A stretch of DNA of 64,000 nucleotides from Polyangiaceae bacterium (GTDB taxonomy: Bacteria; Myxococcota_A; Polyangia; Polyangiales; Polyangiaceae): contig CBDCTZ010000015.1 in assembly GCA_965222375.1 (NCBI GenBank), positions 256,001-320,000 on the forward strand, read 5' to 3'. The position numbers and the translations under genes were made by a program. A model generated the notes under the pieces. It did not search any database and was not told where the DNA came from. It was given only the letters and a program-made list of their open reading frames with translations. Positions 28,313 to 38,618 of the stretch are shown piece by piece (the stretch's first letter is position 1; every line of letters starts with the position of its first letter).

Positions 28313-28463
28313 CCCTGACCTCCTGGAGTGAAAACGGGGGATGCCCACGCTTTCTTTCACCTCGCGAGCGTCGCCCGAGTTTTGCCGCTGCAAGTGCCTG
28401 AAATTACAGAACATTGCGCCACCTGCCCCGGCGCCGCTTCTGTGGTAAGACCGGACCCCCGCC

Positions 28464-30101
28464 GTGTTTGAAGCGCTTACAAAAGGCTTCCGGGAGGCGC
28501 AGAACCGCCTCGCCGGACTCACCGAACTCACTGACAACAACATCAAGCCCGCTTTGCGCGAGGTGCGTCTGAGTCTGCTCGAAGCGGACGTCGAGCTGGG
28601 TGTCGTCAAACGCTTCCTAGCGCGGGTCGAAGAGAAGGCACTCGGTCAGACCGTTCAGGTCAAGGTCAAACAGGCCGGTGAAACTCATCGCGTTTCTGCC
28701 AGCGACCAGTTCGTCAAGATCTGCCACGACGAACTCGTCGCCATGATGGGTACGGAAACGGAACCCGTCACTTTCGCTGAGCGTGGGCCGACGGAAGTGA
28801 TGATGGTCGGTTTGCAGGGGTCGGGTAAGACGACGACCTCCGCCAAACTGGCGCGCTGGTACGAAAAGCAAGGCAAGAAGCCGCTACTGGTCGCTGCAGA
28901 CATGCAACGCCCTGCAGCTGTGGAGCAGCTCAAGGTCCTCGGCGAGCAGCTGTCCATTCCCGTTTTCAACGTTGCCGGGGAAACACCGGTGAACATCTGC
29001 AGCGCGGCCGAAGCGGAAGCCAAGTCGTTGGGCTGCGACATCATCATCTACGACACTGCTGGCCGGCTCGCCATCGACGAGCAGCTGATGCAGGAGCTCG
29101 CGGCGATCAAAGAGCGCGTCGACCCCGAGAACATCTTCTTGGTCGTGGATGCCATGATCGGCCAAGACGCCGTCCAGACGGCCAAGGGGTTCAACGAGCG
29201 CCTCGGCATCACCGGCGTCGTGCTCACCAAGCTCGACGGCGACGCCCGCGGAGGCGCGGCGCTTTCGGTACGCGAAGTGACGGGTGCACCCATCGCTTTC
29301 GTGGGCCTGGGTGAAACCCTCGACAAGCTGGACGTTTTCCGAGCGGAGGGCATGGCCAGCCGTGTCCTGGGCATGGGGGACGTCGTCGGGTTGATGCAGG
29401 ACTTCCAGGAAGTCGCCGACCAGAAGAAGGCCGAGGAAGACGCTCTGCGCATGATGAGCGGGGAGTTCACCCTCGAGGACTTCCTGAACCAAGTCAAAAT
29501 GATCCAGCAAATGGGTTCCCTGAAGGACTTGGTCGACAAGATCCCCGGCATGGGCAGCATGGTCCCTGCCGGCGTGAATCTGGACGACAAAGAGCTAGTG
29601 CGGATCGAAGCCATGATCCAGTCCATGACCAAGCAGGAGCGCGTCGATCCCAATGCGCTGATCCGAGAACCGGGCCGAGTGAAGCGGATCTCCAAGGGCT
29701 CTGGCCAACCGGAACAAGGTGTTTCGGAACTGGTTCAGAAGTTCTTGTTCATGAAGCAGATGATGGGCGGCATGGGCGGCAATGCCGGCCTGATGGGCAA
29801 AATCCCCGGCCTCAAGGGTCTTGCCCAAGCGCGCAATATCAAGAAAGCCATGAAGAGCGGTCAACTGCCTGGTGGCATGGGCATGCCTGGGATGCCCGGA
29901 ATGCCAGGCATGCCGGGAATGGGGCTACCCGGGATGGGCATGCCCGGAATGCCCGGCATGGGAATACCCGGCATGGCTGGCGGTGGCGGCGGGGCCGAGA
30001 CTCCCCGCATGAAGCAGCTCTCCCGCGCAGAGAAGAACGCGAAGAAGAACCAGCGCAAGCGCGAGCGCAGCGCGCGGAAAAAGAACAAGGGGCGAAAGTA
30101 A
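28464..30101 (+). CDS. ffh: Signal recognition particle protein Ffh
   Basis: GLQGSGKTT, DTAGR, TKLDGDARGG, M domain. Confidence 0.98.
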   Translation: MFEALTKGFREAQNRLAGLTELTDNNIKPALREVRLSLLEADVELGVVKRFLARVEEKALGQTVQVKVKQAGETHRVSASDQFVKICHDELVAMMGTETEPVTFAERGPTEVMMVGLQGSGKTTTSAKLARWYEKQGKKPLLVAADMQRPAAVEQLKVLGEQLSIPVFNVAGETPVNICSAAEAEAKSLGCDIIIYDTAGRLAIDEQLMQELAAIKERVDPENIFLVVDAMIGQDAVQTAKGFNERLGITGVVLTKLDGDARGGAALSVREVTGAPIAFVGLGETLDKLDVFRAEGMASRVLGMGDVVGLMQDFQEVADQKKAEEDALRMMSGEFTLEDFLNQVKMIQQMGSLKDLVDKIPGMGSMVPAGVNLDDKELVRIEAMIQSMTKQERVDPNALIREPGRVKRISKGSGQPEQGVSELVQKFLFMKQMMGGMGGNAGLMGKIPGLKGLAQARNIKKAMKSGQLPGGMGMPGMPGMPGMPGMGLPGMGMPGMPGMGIPGMAGGGGGAETPRMKQLSRAEKNAKKNQRKRERSARKKNKGRK

Positions 30102-30736
30102 TGAATGCGCGGACTACCTCGCTACTCGGGTGCGCTGCGGCCGTGGCCTTGATGCTGGGGTGCAACACCTCGGAGCCGAAGCCCCCAGCCGAAGAGCTGG
30201 CTCCCGCGCTTCGCGCGTTCGTGCTCGACGAGGTGCCGAGCGATGTCGAAAACCGAACCTTCATCGACTTTGGCGGCAAGGCACACCTGGTTGGCTACAC
30301 CCTAGAGCCCTCGGGCATCGTGAGGCCCGGTGAAACCCTGAAGATGACCCTGTACTGGCGCTCGGTCGCACCCTTGACCAAGGGCTGGGGATTGTTCACA
30401 CACCTGACCGGACCGAGCGGCAAGCGCTTGGAGAACTTCGACAACGTTGGACCGCTTCGAGAGCAGGCCGCCGGAGGCCAAGCCCTGCCCCCCAGCCGGT
30501 GGCAGCCCGGCAAGGTCTACGTGGACGAACAGGAACTGATGCTGCCGCGCAACCTGACTGACTCCGTCGTAACGGTGACGGTGGGGATTTGGAAAGGCAA
30601 TGCGCGGCTGGACGTGCTGAGTGGCCGCGCGGATAGCGTACGTAGGGCAATCGTGGCCCATGTAAAGACCGGCGTGATACCGCCCAAGCCCGTCGCGAAG
30701 AAGCCAGTCAGCAAGAAGAATGAACCCACGCGCTGA
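30101..30736 (+). CDS. Lipoprotein with beta-sandwich domain, paralogous to the N-terminus of the next gene
   Basis: Lipobox LGC; shares FxGKAxLxGY, YWR, GWxLFTH, DNVGPxRE, WxxGKVYVDEQE with the next ORF. Confidence 0.8.
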   Translation: MNARTTSLLGCAAAVALMLGCNTSEPKPPAEELAPALRAFVLDEVPSDVENRTFIDFGGKAHLVGYTLEPSGIVRPGETLKMTLYWRSVAPLTKGWGLFTHLTGPSGKRLENFDNVGPLREQAAGGQALPPSRWQPGKVYVDEQELMLPRNLTDSVVTVTVGIWKGNARLDVLSGRADSVRRAIVAHVKTGVIPPKPVAKKPVSKKNEPTR

Positions 30737-30761
30737 GCGCGGCGGTTTTCGAGGAGGAGAG

Positions 30762-32183
30762 ATGCGAAACGTTTTCGCCAGCTTGGTATTGCTATCGCTA
30801 GCAACGACGGCCTGTGTCGGTGGCTCGACGGACACCAGCAAGGAAGACAAGGAGCGCCTGAAGTCTTTCGTGCTCGACAAGGCACCTGGCAACATCCCAC
30901 ACAAGCTCAACGTCAACTTCGACGGCAAGGCCATGCTGTTGGGCTACCGCATCAACCCGGATGGGCCGGTCAAGCCGGGTGGCAAGATCAAGCTCATCAT
31001 GTACTGGCGATGCGACAAGGACATCGCCGACGGTTGGAACCTGTTCACCCACGTTCTCGATGGCGCCGGAGAGCGCGTCTTGAACATCGACAACGTCGGC
31101 CCCATCCGTGAGTGGCGAGGGAACCGGCAGGCCATGGCACCCAGCGTCTGGGAGGCGGGCAAAGTCTACGTGGACGAGCAGGAGTTCACGCTACCGGCCA
31201 CCGTCAAGACGTCCAAGATCCAGGTCACGACCGGGATTTGGAAGGGCAACGATCGAATCAAGATCACGGCAGGCCCAGCAGATCGCGAGCATCGGGCACT
31301 CGTCGTATCCATCGAAACGGGCATGAAGGCGAAGGCGCCTCCCCCAGACACCCGAGTCCCCACACTTCGCGTGGATAGGCTCGAGAAGGACGTCAAGATC
31401 AAGATCGACGGCAAGCTGGACGAAGAAGCTTGGGCCTCGGCTGCGATCGCTGGTCCCTTCGTGGACGTGGGCACCGCCCGCCCCAATACCAGCTTCCCGG
31501 TGAACGGAAGCGTCAAGGTTCTGTGGAACGACACCGGGATGTACCTGGGCTTCGACGTGAAAGATCCGGACGTCGTCGGCGGTTTCAAAAAGACTGCCAA
31601 AGATCCCAAGCTCTGGACCAAGGACACCGTGGAGATCATGGTGGATCCCGACGGTGATGGAGACAACAAGGACTACTACGAGATTCAGATCAACCCGCAG
31701 AACCTCGTGTTCGATTCCCGATTTGACGATTACAACCTGCCAAAGAAAGACCCGGACGGCCCCTTTGGTCATCAGAAGTGGTCAGCGAAACTCAAGAGCG
31801 CCGTACAAGTCAAAGGCACCCTCGACAAGGAGGGTGACAAGGACGAGGGGTACATCATCGAAGCCATGATCCCCTGGAAGAGCTTCGACAAAGCAAAGCA
31901 GGTTCCGCCGAAGGTCGGCGACACCTGGCGCATGAACTTCTACGCCATGCAGAGCAACAATGGCGTCGCGTGGTCGGCCATTCTGGGCCAGGGCAACTTC
32001 CACAAGGCGACTCGCTTTGGCAAGGTGACCTGGGCCGAGAAGGGCTGGAAGGCCCCGGACCAACCGGCACCCCCACCCGCAGGCAAGCTCGCGCCAGGCG
32101 TGGGTGCGAAGCCTCGAGTTCTGATGCCCAACAAGGAAATGATCCGGAAGCTGAAGCTGCCCAAGCGGCCGCCGCCCAAATGA
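30762..32183 (+). CDS. Lipoprotein with CBM9/DOMON-like carbohydrate-binding domain
   Basis: IDGKLDEEAW, LWNDTGMYLGF, DTVEIMVDPDGD, YYEIQINP, WRMNFY. Confidence 0.85.
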   Translation: MRNVFASLVLLSLATTACVGGSTDTSKEDKERLKSFVLDKAPGNIPHKLNVNFDGKAMLLGYRINPDGPVKPGGKIKLIMYWRCDKDIADGWNLFTHVLDGAGERVLNIDNVGPIREWRGNRQAMAPSVWEAGKVYVDEQEFTLPATVKTSKIQVTTGIWKGNDRIKITAGPADREHRALVVSIETGMKAKAPPPDTRVPTLRVDRLEKDVKIKIDGKLDEEAWASAAIAGPFVDVGTARPNTSFPVNGSVKVLWNDTGMYLGFDVKDPDVVGGFKKTAKDPKLWTKDTVEIMVDPDGDGDNKDYYEIQINPQNLVFDSRFDDYNLPKKDPDGPFGHQKWSAKLKSAVQVKGTLDKEGDKDEGYIIEAMIPWKSFDKAKQVPPKVGDTWRMNFYAMQSNNGVAWSAILGQGNFHKATRFGKVTWAEKGWKAPDQPAPPPAGKLAPGVGAKPRVLMPNKEMIRKLKLPKRPPPK

Positions 32184-32222
32184 CGCTGTCGCCCGGCGCT
32201 TCGAGCACCGGGCTGTGGGCCG

Positions 32223-32615
32223 TCATTTCAGTTTGAACCCACGAACGATTTCGCCTTCCTTGTCAGCGCAGCGCCGCGTCTGCACCCGTGCATCTGCGAG
32301 GGTCTTCTTGGCCAAAGCGACCTGCCGAGCCGCAGCTGAGAGGCCGCCGTCCGACGAAAGCTTGTCGGCGGCGACGCGAGTAGCGTCGAGTCCGCGTTGG
32401 TGAAGGGCGTAGGCCTTGACGCAGAGGTCTTGGAAGCTGCAGAGCTTGGGCAGCTGGCAGCTTTGGCCCTTGAGTTTCTCGAGATGGGCGGCTTTGGAGT
32501 CCGAGTCCGCGTCCCGAAGTTCTCGAACCGCGTGCACGATCCGTTCGGCTTCGGCGCGCTGAGCCGCCTTTGCCTCGTCGTCGCAACCAGCGCTCGACAT
32601 CAGACCGAACGCCAC
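32223..32615 (-). CDS. Hypothetical helical lipoprotein (start uncertain)
   Basis: SSAGC-DDEAKAAQ lipobox followed by a helical domain. Confidence 0.55.
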   Translation of the reverse strand: MAFGLMSSAGCDDEAKAAQRAEAERIVHAVRELRDADSDSKAAHLEKLKGQSCQLPKLCSFQDLCVKAYALHQRGLDATRVAADKLSSDGGLSAAARQVALAKKTLADARVQTRRCADKEGEIVRGFKLK

Positions 32616-32647
32616 GACACAACTGGCTAAATGCCCTCGTGGCGCCG

Positions 32648-33184
32648 TTAGTCCGCTGCTTTCGGCGGAGGCCCCATCTGAATGCGTTCGCCCACATATG
32701 CGCCAATCAAAGTGAAGAGCACGCCCAGCGCGCTCATCAGCACATACATGAATGCGGGCATCGTCTTGACCGTCTGCGCACGGAACAAGAAGAACGCGGT
32801 GGGGATGGCGATCAGAAACGAGGCTACAACCGGTTCGATGAAGGTCTTGCCCGGTGAGACCAAGCCGACGAATAGACCGCCGATGAACCACACCGGAATC
32901 GCGACCAGCATGCCGGCGGAACCCTCGAAGTCGAAGGCAGGCAGCACTATCGGGAGAAACACCACGATGGCGGCGGTGAGCACGCCCATGATGCCCATGG
33001 AGACGCCAAACCACAGCGGGCTGAACCCCTCCTGCTGGTAGCGCCGCTCGAGTTCCTCCTGACGCGACAACGCCCGTTTGAGGTCGTCGATCTTCGCGCC
33101 ACACGACACACAACGGTTGTTGGGCAGTGGGGCGGTGTTCTTGAAGCCACAAGAAGGGCAGATGATTTTCTTTACTTGAGCCAT
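32648..33184 (-). CDS. Zinc-ribbon membrane protein
   Basis: CPSC...CVSC followed by four TM helices. Confidence 0.8.
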   Translation of the reverse strand: MAQVKKIICPSCGFKNTAPLPNNRCVSCGAKIDDLKRALSRQEELERRYQQEGFSPLWFGVSMGIMGVLTAAIVVFLPIVLPAFDFEGSAGMLVAIPVWFIGGLFVGLVSPGKTFIEPVVASFLIAIPTAFFLFRAQTVKTMPAFMYVLMSALGVLFTLIGAYVGERIQMGPPPKAAD

Positions 33185-33443
33185 CCGACTCGCCCGTCGC
33201 TCGCCCCCTTGGGGCGACTTCCGAGTCGACTCTCGCACAAATCCTGGGGTCGTGGGAACCACCTGCGCGCTTGGGCTCGGAAAGTGCATTTTTCCCGCCC
33301 AGCCGGGTCTCTAGGAGGGTTTCGAGGTATACGTTGAGGGACCTGGGGCGCTGGGACGGAACCTGCCCGGACCCCGGTTGTCGGACCCAGAGCATGGCCC
33401 CTCCTCGCGACCCCATCCGCCACTTCAGCCCAGGCGAGGCCTC

Positions 33444-34103
33444 ATGAGCCCCCGTGACACGGCGGAACTGCCGCTGAGCGTGGCCGAAGAGCGCGATCCG
33501 GAGCTCGAGGCACTACCCGAGCCCCGGCGTCCTGGGCGCAACCTCACGCTGGTCACGCTGGTGATCACGGCTCTGGCCTCGCTGCTGATGGCGAACGCTC
33601 TCCGCTCCGAAGCCCAATACGCCCTGGTGAAGGGTCCGCCGGTGGCCCTGGGCAACTTGGCTGAGCTTTCCCCGGGTGCGGACATGAAGAACAAATGGGT
33701 CCAGGGAGAAGCCCTGCTCGGGTCCAGTCGAGCCATTCGTTACGGGCGACCCCTCGAATCCGACAGCTACCGCCTCGCGCCCGTGGCTGGCCATGAGCGC
33801 ATCTGGGTGCAGGTCCGTGTTCCCCAAGGCCTGGAGGGGCCGCGCTTCGTTCCGCCCACTTCCTTTGTCGGGCGCCTCGTGCCGATTCATGAAGCCGGCT
33901 TGCGTCATTCCGGCCTATCGGATGCCATCAACAGCGCGGGTGCAGGCCGACCCGCACCGGACGCATGGCTGCTCGTGGACGGTGAGGCGCCACGCACGAC
34001 TCGCTGGGCGCTTGGTCTGATCGCGCTATTCCTCGGATTCGCTGGGTTTTCTGGCTACGGCTTGTTCCGATTGTTGCGCCGCACGCAAGCCGACAGCGCC
34101 TAA
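33444..34103 (+). CDS. Hypothetical membrane protein
   Basis: N- and C-terminal TM helices around a soluble domain. Confidence 0.75.
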   Translation: MSPRDTAELPLSVAEERDPELEALPEPRRPGRNLTLVTLVITALASLLMANALRSEAQYALVKGPPVALGNLAELSPGADMKNKWVQGEALLGSSRAIRYGRPLESDSYRLAPVAGHERIWVQVRVPQGLEGPRFVPPTSFVGRLVPIHEAGLRHSGLSDAINSAGAGRPAPDAWLLVDGEAPRTTRWALGLIALFLGFAGFSGYGLFRLLRRTQADSA

Positions 34104-34151
34104 CCGCCAGCCTTGTCCGTTTGCAGCTCCGGACGTGCTATCACCCGGGCC

Positions 34152-35201
34152 ATGGCGATCACGTACCGCCAAGCAGGTGTGGACATCGATGCTGCTGACC
34201 GGTTGATCGAGCGCATCAAGCCTCTAGCGCGGAGCACGCGGATCCCCGAGGTCGTGGGGGGTGTGGGTGGGTTTGCTGGTCTTTGTGGGCTCCCTGCGGA
34301 CATCGAGCAACCCCTGCTCGTGAGCGGAACCGACGGCGTTGGCACCAAACTGAAAGTGGCTTTCGCCACGGGCAAGCACGACACTGTCGGGATCGATCTG
34401 GTCGCCATGTGCCTGAACGACGTCATCACGGTTGGCGCGCGACCGCTGTTCTTCCTGGACTACTTCGCCTGCGGTCGGCTCGATGTCGATGTTGCGGAAG
34501 CTGTGGTCAGCGGCATCGCGAAGGGCTGCCGCCAAGCCAGTGCGGCGCTCTTGGGAGGCGAAACCGCCGAGCTCCCCGGCATGTACCCAGATGGCGAATA
34601 CGATCTCGCCGGGTTCTGCGTCGGTGTCGTGGGTCAGAAGAAAGTACTCGGACCGGAGCGTGTCCAGAGCAGCGATGTGCTGATTGGAGTCGCGTCCAGC
34701 GGGCTGCATTCCAATGGCTACTCCTTGGCCCGCAGGGTGCTGGAATCCCACTTCGAACTGGATAGCCACGTGACCGAGTTGGGAATGACCCTGGGTGAGG
34801 CACTGATGACTCCGACTCGGATTTACGCGGCGGGGGTACAGAAGCTGATCGCCGCTCTGGGGCAAGACGTTCACGCCCTGTGCCACGTGACCGGAGGCGG
34901 CCTCGACGGCAATCTGCCTCGGGTCCTGCCCACGGGTTTGGAGGCACGGCTGCACATGCCCCCCGGAGCACCCCGGATCTTCGATTTGATCGCAAAGCTC
35001 GGTCCCGTAGAGACCTCGGAAATGCGGCGCACCTTCAACCTGGGCGTGGGCATGGTGGCTTGCGTCAGTGCCGGGAAGGAGCAGGCCGCCCTGCAGGCCC
35101 TCGAGGCGGCTGGTGAAACGGCCTTCGTTTTGGGCCAACTCACCGCATCGAACTCTGCCGACGGCGCGGCTGTAGTCGCTTACGAAGGCGCGCCGCGGTG
35201 A
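34152..35201 (+). CDS. purM: Phosphoribosylformylglycinamidine cyclo-ligase
   Basis: YRQAGVDID, TDGVGTK, GGETAELPG, SSGLHSNGYSL, TFNLGVG. Confidence 0.98.
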   Translation: MAITYRQAGVDIDAADRLIERIKPLARSTRIPEVVGGVGGFAGLCGLPADIEQPLLVSGTDGVGTKLKVAFATGKHDTVGIDLVAMCLNDVITVGARPLFFLDYFACGRLDVDVAEAVVSGIAKGCRQASAALLGGETAELPGMYPDGEYDLAGFCVGVVGQKKVLGPERVQSSDVLIGVASSGLHSNGYSLARRVLESHFELDSHVTELGMTLGEALMTPTRIYAAGVQKLIAALGQDVHALCHVTGGGLDGNLPRVLPTGLEARLHMPPGAPRIFDLIAKLGPVETSEMRRTFNLGVGMVACVSAGKEQAALQALEAAGETAFVLGQLTASNSADGAAVVAYEGAPR

Positions 35202-35827
35202 CACTACAGCTCGGAGTTCTTGTGTCCGGGGTTGGTACGAACCTCCAAGCGATCCTGGACGCGGTAGAGTCCGGACGCTTGGATGCCCGGGTCCGAGTCG
35301 TGATCAGCAATCGGCCAGACGCGCTGGCCTTGACGCGAGCCTCCGCGGCGGGCGTGCCGACGGTCGTAGTCGATCACCGGCAACACGGCAGCCGCGAAGA
35401 GTTTGACGGCGCCCTGGTCGAGGAACTGCGCGCGCATGAAGCGCAGACCATCGTACTGGCGGGCTTCATGCGCCTGCTGACCAAGCGAATCCTGTCCGCA
35501 TTTCGAGACCAAGTCATCAATATCCACCCTGCCCTGCTACCGGCGTTTCCAGGAACCCGGGCCCAGGAGCAGGCGCTGCACTACGGCGTCAAGGTCACAG
35601 GCTGCACCGTCCACTTCGTCGATGAAGGCGTGGACACGGGACCCATCATCGCCCAGCGTGCCATCGTGATCCAAGAAGGCGAAGACGTCGACGCTCTGAG
35701 CGCCCGCATGCTCGAGCAGGAGCACGAACTCCTGGTGGAAACGCTAGGCCTGGTCGCCAGCGGCAAGGTCGAGATTGAACCGCACGCCGAAGGGCGGCGG
35801 CGACGTGTGGTCGTGAGGCCCGCGTGA
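35198..35827 (+). CDS. purN: Phosphoribosylglycinamide formyltransferase
   Basis: SGVGTNLQA, LAGFMR, NIHPALLPAFPG, TGCTVHFVDEGVDTGPII. Confidence 0.98.
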   Translation: MTLQLGVLVSGVGTNLQAILDAVESGRLDARVRVVISNRPDALALTRASAAGVPTVVVDHRQHGSREEFDGALVEELRAHEAQTIVLAGFMRLLTKRILSAFRDQVINIHPALLPAFPGTRAQEQALHYGVKVTGCTVHFVDEGVDTGPIIAQRAIVIQEGEDVDALSARMLEQEHELLVETLGLVASGKVEIEPHAEGRRRRVVVRPA

Positions 35828-37374
35828 CGAACCGCCACTACGACGTGGTGGTGCTGGGTCGATCCCTGGGAGCGCTGACTGCTGCAGCACTTCTGGCCCG
35901 GCGCGATTTCAGGGTACTCGTACTGGGCCAGGGCCAGCGTCCAGCCCGCTACCGTTACGAGCGCTTCACGCTGCTCCGCCGTGCTTTCACGCTGCTGTCC
36001 GCGTCTTCGCCGGTCATGAAGCGGCTGCTGCAGGAGCTCGCCCAAAGTCCACGCTTTGGGCGTCGCACCCGGGAGCTCGACCCCATGTTCAGCATGCTCA
36101 TGCCGAACAGGCGCATCGAAGTTGCACCCGACATAGAGCTGTTCAGTCGCGAGGTCGAGCGGGAGTTCCCAGAAGTACGCCAGCTCGTCGACGAGTTGTA
36201 TTCGACCTTCGCGCAGGTCAACGCTGCAGTCGACGTCGCCTTCGAGCGCGACGCCGTTTGGCCCCCGGAGGGTTTTTGGGAGCGCCTGGAAACTGGTCGA
36301 GCAGTAAGCCAGATCCCCTTCACCGGCGCATCGGCGCCCCGGGATGTACTCGGGAAGTTCCCAGCGGGTCACATCTATCGGGACGTAGTACTGATACCCG
36401 CCAGTTTCGCGACGGATCTTGCCGTCCCCCCGGACCAATTGCCGGCTCTGGTAACGGCTCGACTGCACGGCGCGTGGACACGCGGGGTGCCAGCCATGAG
36501 TCAGGGGGAAGACGAGCTGTCCGAATTCTTGATCGAGCGCATCGAAGCCCACGGTGGTGAGTGTCGCTTGGAGCGCTCGGCAGTCCGCATCGTCGTTGAA
36601 CGCGGCCGGGTTGCAGCGGTCCTCGAGGACGGTGAGGACGACCCAACTGGGGCGGACAGCGTCGTGAGTGACGCCTCGGGTGAGGTTGTCGCAGACCTGG
36701 CCCAGGGAGACGGCATCACCAAGCGAGCGTTGAACGACTGGCCGCGCCTGAGCCCGACGGTTGGGCGGTTCGTGGTCACCCTGGCCGTCAAGACCTCAGG
36801 ACTACCCGACGCACTGGGGCAAGAGGCGTTCATCCTGCCGCTCTCTGGGGAAAAGCAGAACCCCCGTCACCCGGTAGTGCATTTGCAACGCCTGGACTCG
36901 GTGGCAGAGGCCCCCGACGAAAGTGTGCTCGCGGCGGAAGTGCTGCTCTCCACCCGCGGCCCATTGACATTGCTCGAGGCCCGCAACGCCCTGCTCACCA
37001 CGCTGAAGGAGCACTTCCCGTTTCTGCCCAAGCACTTTCTGGTTGTGGACTCACCCCACGACGGACTGCCGCTTTCGGATTTCACCTCCGGCACCGAACG
37101 CAACATCGACCGAATTCACCTAGCCGACAGCACGCCAGGTGCCGAACCGATGCGGTGGCAATGGTCCGTCGACCCGCCGGGCTACCTGGACGTATCCGGC
37201 GAGCCAGTACGCGGCCCGATTCCCGGCAGCTTCCTGGTCGGCCCAACCGTCCTCCCCGGCCTAGGCCAAGAGGGGGAGCTGCTTGCGGGGTGGGGAGCTG
37301 CGCGAGTCATTACCAGGAGTGATGGGCGCCGGCAGCGCATGCGGCGCCAAATGTGGACCAAGATCGAAACCTGA
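35824..37374 (+). CDS. FAD-dependent oxidoreductase-like protein (phytoene dehydrogenase-like fold)
   Basis: YDVVVLGRSLGALTAAALLA degenerate Rossmann motif; C-terminal PGLGQEG. Confidence 0.7.
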   Translation: MTNRHYDVVVLGRSLGALTAAALLARRDFRVLVLGQGQRPARYRYERFTLLRRAFTLLSASSPVMKRLLQELAQSPRFGRRTRELDPMFSMLMPNRRIEVAPDIELFSREVEREFPEVRQLVDELYSTFAQVNAAVDVAFERDAVWPPEGFWERLETGRAVSQIPFTGASAPRDVLGKFPAGHIYRDVVLIPASFATDLAVPPDQLPALVTARLHGAWTRGVPAMSQGEDELSEFLIERIEAHGGECRLERSAVRIVVERGRVAAVLEDGEDDPTGADSVVSDASGEVVADLAQGDGITKRALNDWPRLSPTVGRFVVTLAVKTSGLPDALGQEAFILPLSGEKQNPRHPVVHLQRLDSVAEAPDESVLAAEVLLSTRGPLTLLEARNALLTTLKEHFPFLPKHFLVVDSPHDGLPLSDFTSGTERNIDRIHLADSTPGAEPMRWQWSVDPPGYLDVSGEPVRGPIPGSFLVGPTVLPGLGQEGELLAGWGAARVITRSDGRRQRMRRQMWTKIET

Positions 37375-37445
37375 TCACGAAGGCGAAGTCCCCAAGATCA
37401 CAAGAAAATCGCCGCCGTCGGCGGAAGGGTGTATCCTCGAAGGTG

Positions 37446-38609
37446 ATGCGACGAATTCTCCCTGCCATGCTCCTTTCGGCGGCGTGTGTTCTTGCTCCCG
37501 GAGCCGCCTACGCGGATACGCCAACTTCTTCGATTCAAGTGCTTGCCATCGCGAGCGACAAGAACTTCAAGCACGCACAAGCGCTGACCGTTGCTCTGAA
37601 GCGTGCCGTGACGCGCGCGGAAGGTTGGGCGCTCGCGAAGGGGGACTACTCCCTCGAGGTCATCTCCCTGGCCATCGGCTGCGATGTGCCACCGAACGCC
37701 GCGTGCCAGAAGAAGATTGCGGGCAAGGCCAATGCCAACCGCTACATTTGGGGTACGCTAAAGACCGAGAAGAAAGAAGTCATCGCAGACCTGCACCTCT
37801 TCGAAAACGGCGCGGAGGCACGGTCCACCACCCTTCGATACGCTTCGAATCTGACCGACCCGTCGGACGACACGCTGATGGATGTTGCCGCGGGCGGCTT
37901 CGCGGAGTTGATGGGGGCAACCCAGGGCGTACTGGTCGTCGTCGCCGGAAACGTCGACGGGGAGGTGTTCGTCGACGGCGAAAAGGTGGGGCTCATCAGC
38001 GAGGGCCGCACCGAACTCACGGTGGCCCCGGGTGAACACAAGGTTCTGGTGCGCGCCCCGGGGTACAATGATGCCGTTGGAACGGTAACGGTGCGTCCTG
38101 GAGACAGCGCCGAAGTTCGACTCAAACCCACGGCCAAAGGCACGAGCGGGGGCGGAGACCCCACGTCGGATTCGGGCGGCGGAATGAGCACCAACAAGAT
38201 GCTCGGCTACGGCGGGCTGGCAGTTGGCGGTGTCGTAGCGGCGGCCGGCGGCTACTTCTGGCTGCGTTCCTTCCTCGACCAGAGCGATTCGGACTGGGAG
38301 GAGTTCAAAAAACCCATCCCAGACAACGTCGACCCTTGCGACGTTGCGGCCAACGGCGGCAAGGACATCAACGGAAACGACATACCGCGCAACGCAAAGA
38401 TCAACGACCACTGCGACTCGAACAAGTCCAACAAGACGCTGGCGCTGATCTTGACCCCCGTGGGGCTGGCAATTGCAGGCGTCGGCGCGTACTTCTTGCT
38501 CACGGACGATAGCGGTGAAAAAGCCGCCAAGAAGCGTCCGCCAAAGGTCCAGCCGTTAGTCGGGCTAGGACCCAATGGCGGCGAGTTTCGGCTACACGTC
38601 ACGTTCTAG
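37446..38609 (+). CDS. PEGA domain-containing secreted protein
   Basis: Signal peptide; GEVFVDG...VAPGEHKVLVRAPGY PEGA motif; terminal FRLHVTF. Confidence 0.85.
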   Translation: MRRILPAMLLSAACVLAPGAAYADTPTSSIQVLAIASDKNFKHAQALTVALKRAVTRAEGWALAKGDYSLEVISLAIGCDVPPNAACQKKIAGKANANRYIWGTLKTEKKEVIADLHLFENGAEARSTTLRYASNLTDPSDDTLMDVAAGGFAELMGATQGVLVVVAGNVDGEVFVDGEKVGLISEGRTELTVAPGEHKVLVRAPGYNDAVGTVTVRPGDSAEVRLKPTAKGTSGGGDPTSDSGGGMSTNKMLGYGGLAVGGVVAAAGGYFWLRSFLDQSDSDWEEFKKPIPDNVDPCDVAANGGKDINGNDIPRNAKINDHCDSNKSNKTLALILTPVGLAIAGVGAYFLLTDDSGEKAAKKRPPKVQPLVGLGPNGGEFRLHVTF

Positions 38610-38618
38610 CGATGCAGC

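Noticed and set aside
32223..33416. 397-aa ORF as a single gene
   Set aside because: Its N-terminal two-thirds overlaps the zinc-ribbon gene in another frame; only the last ~130 codons look coding
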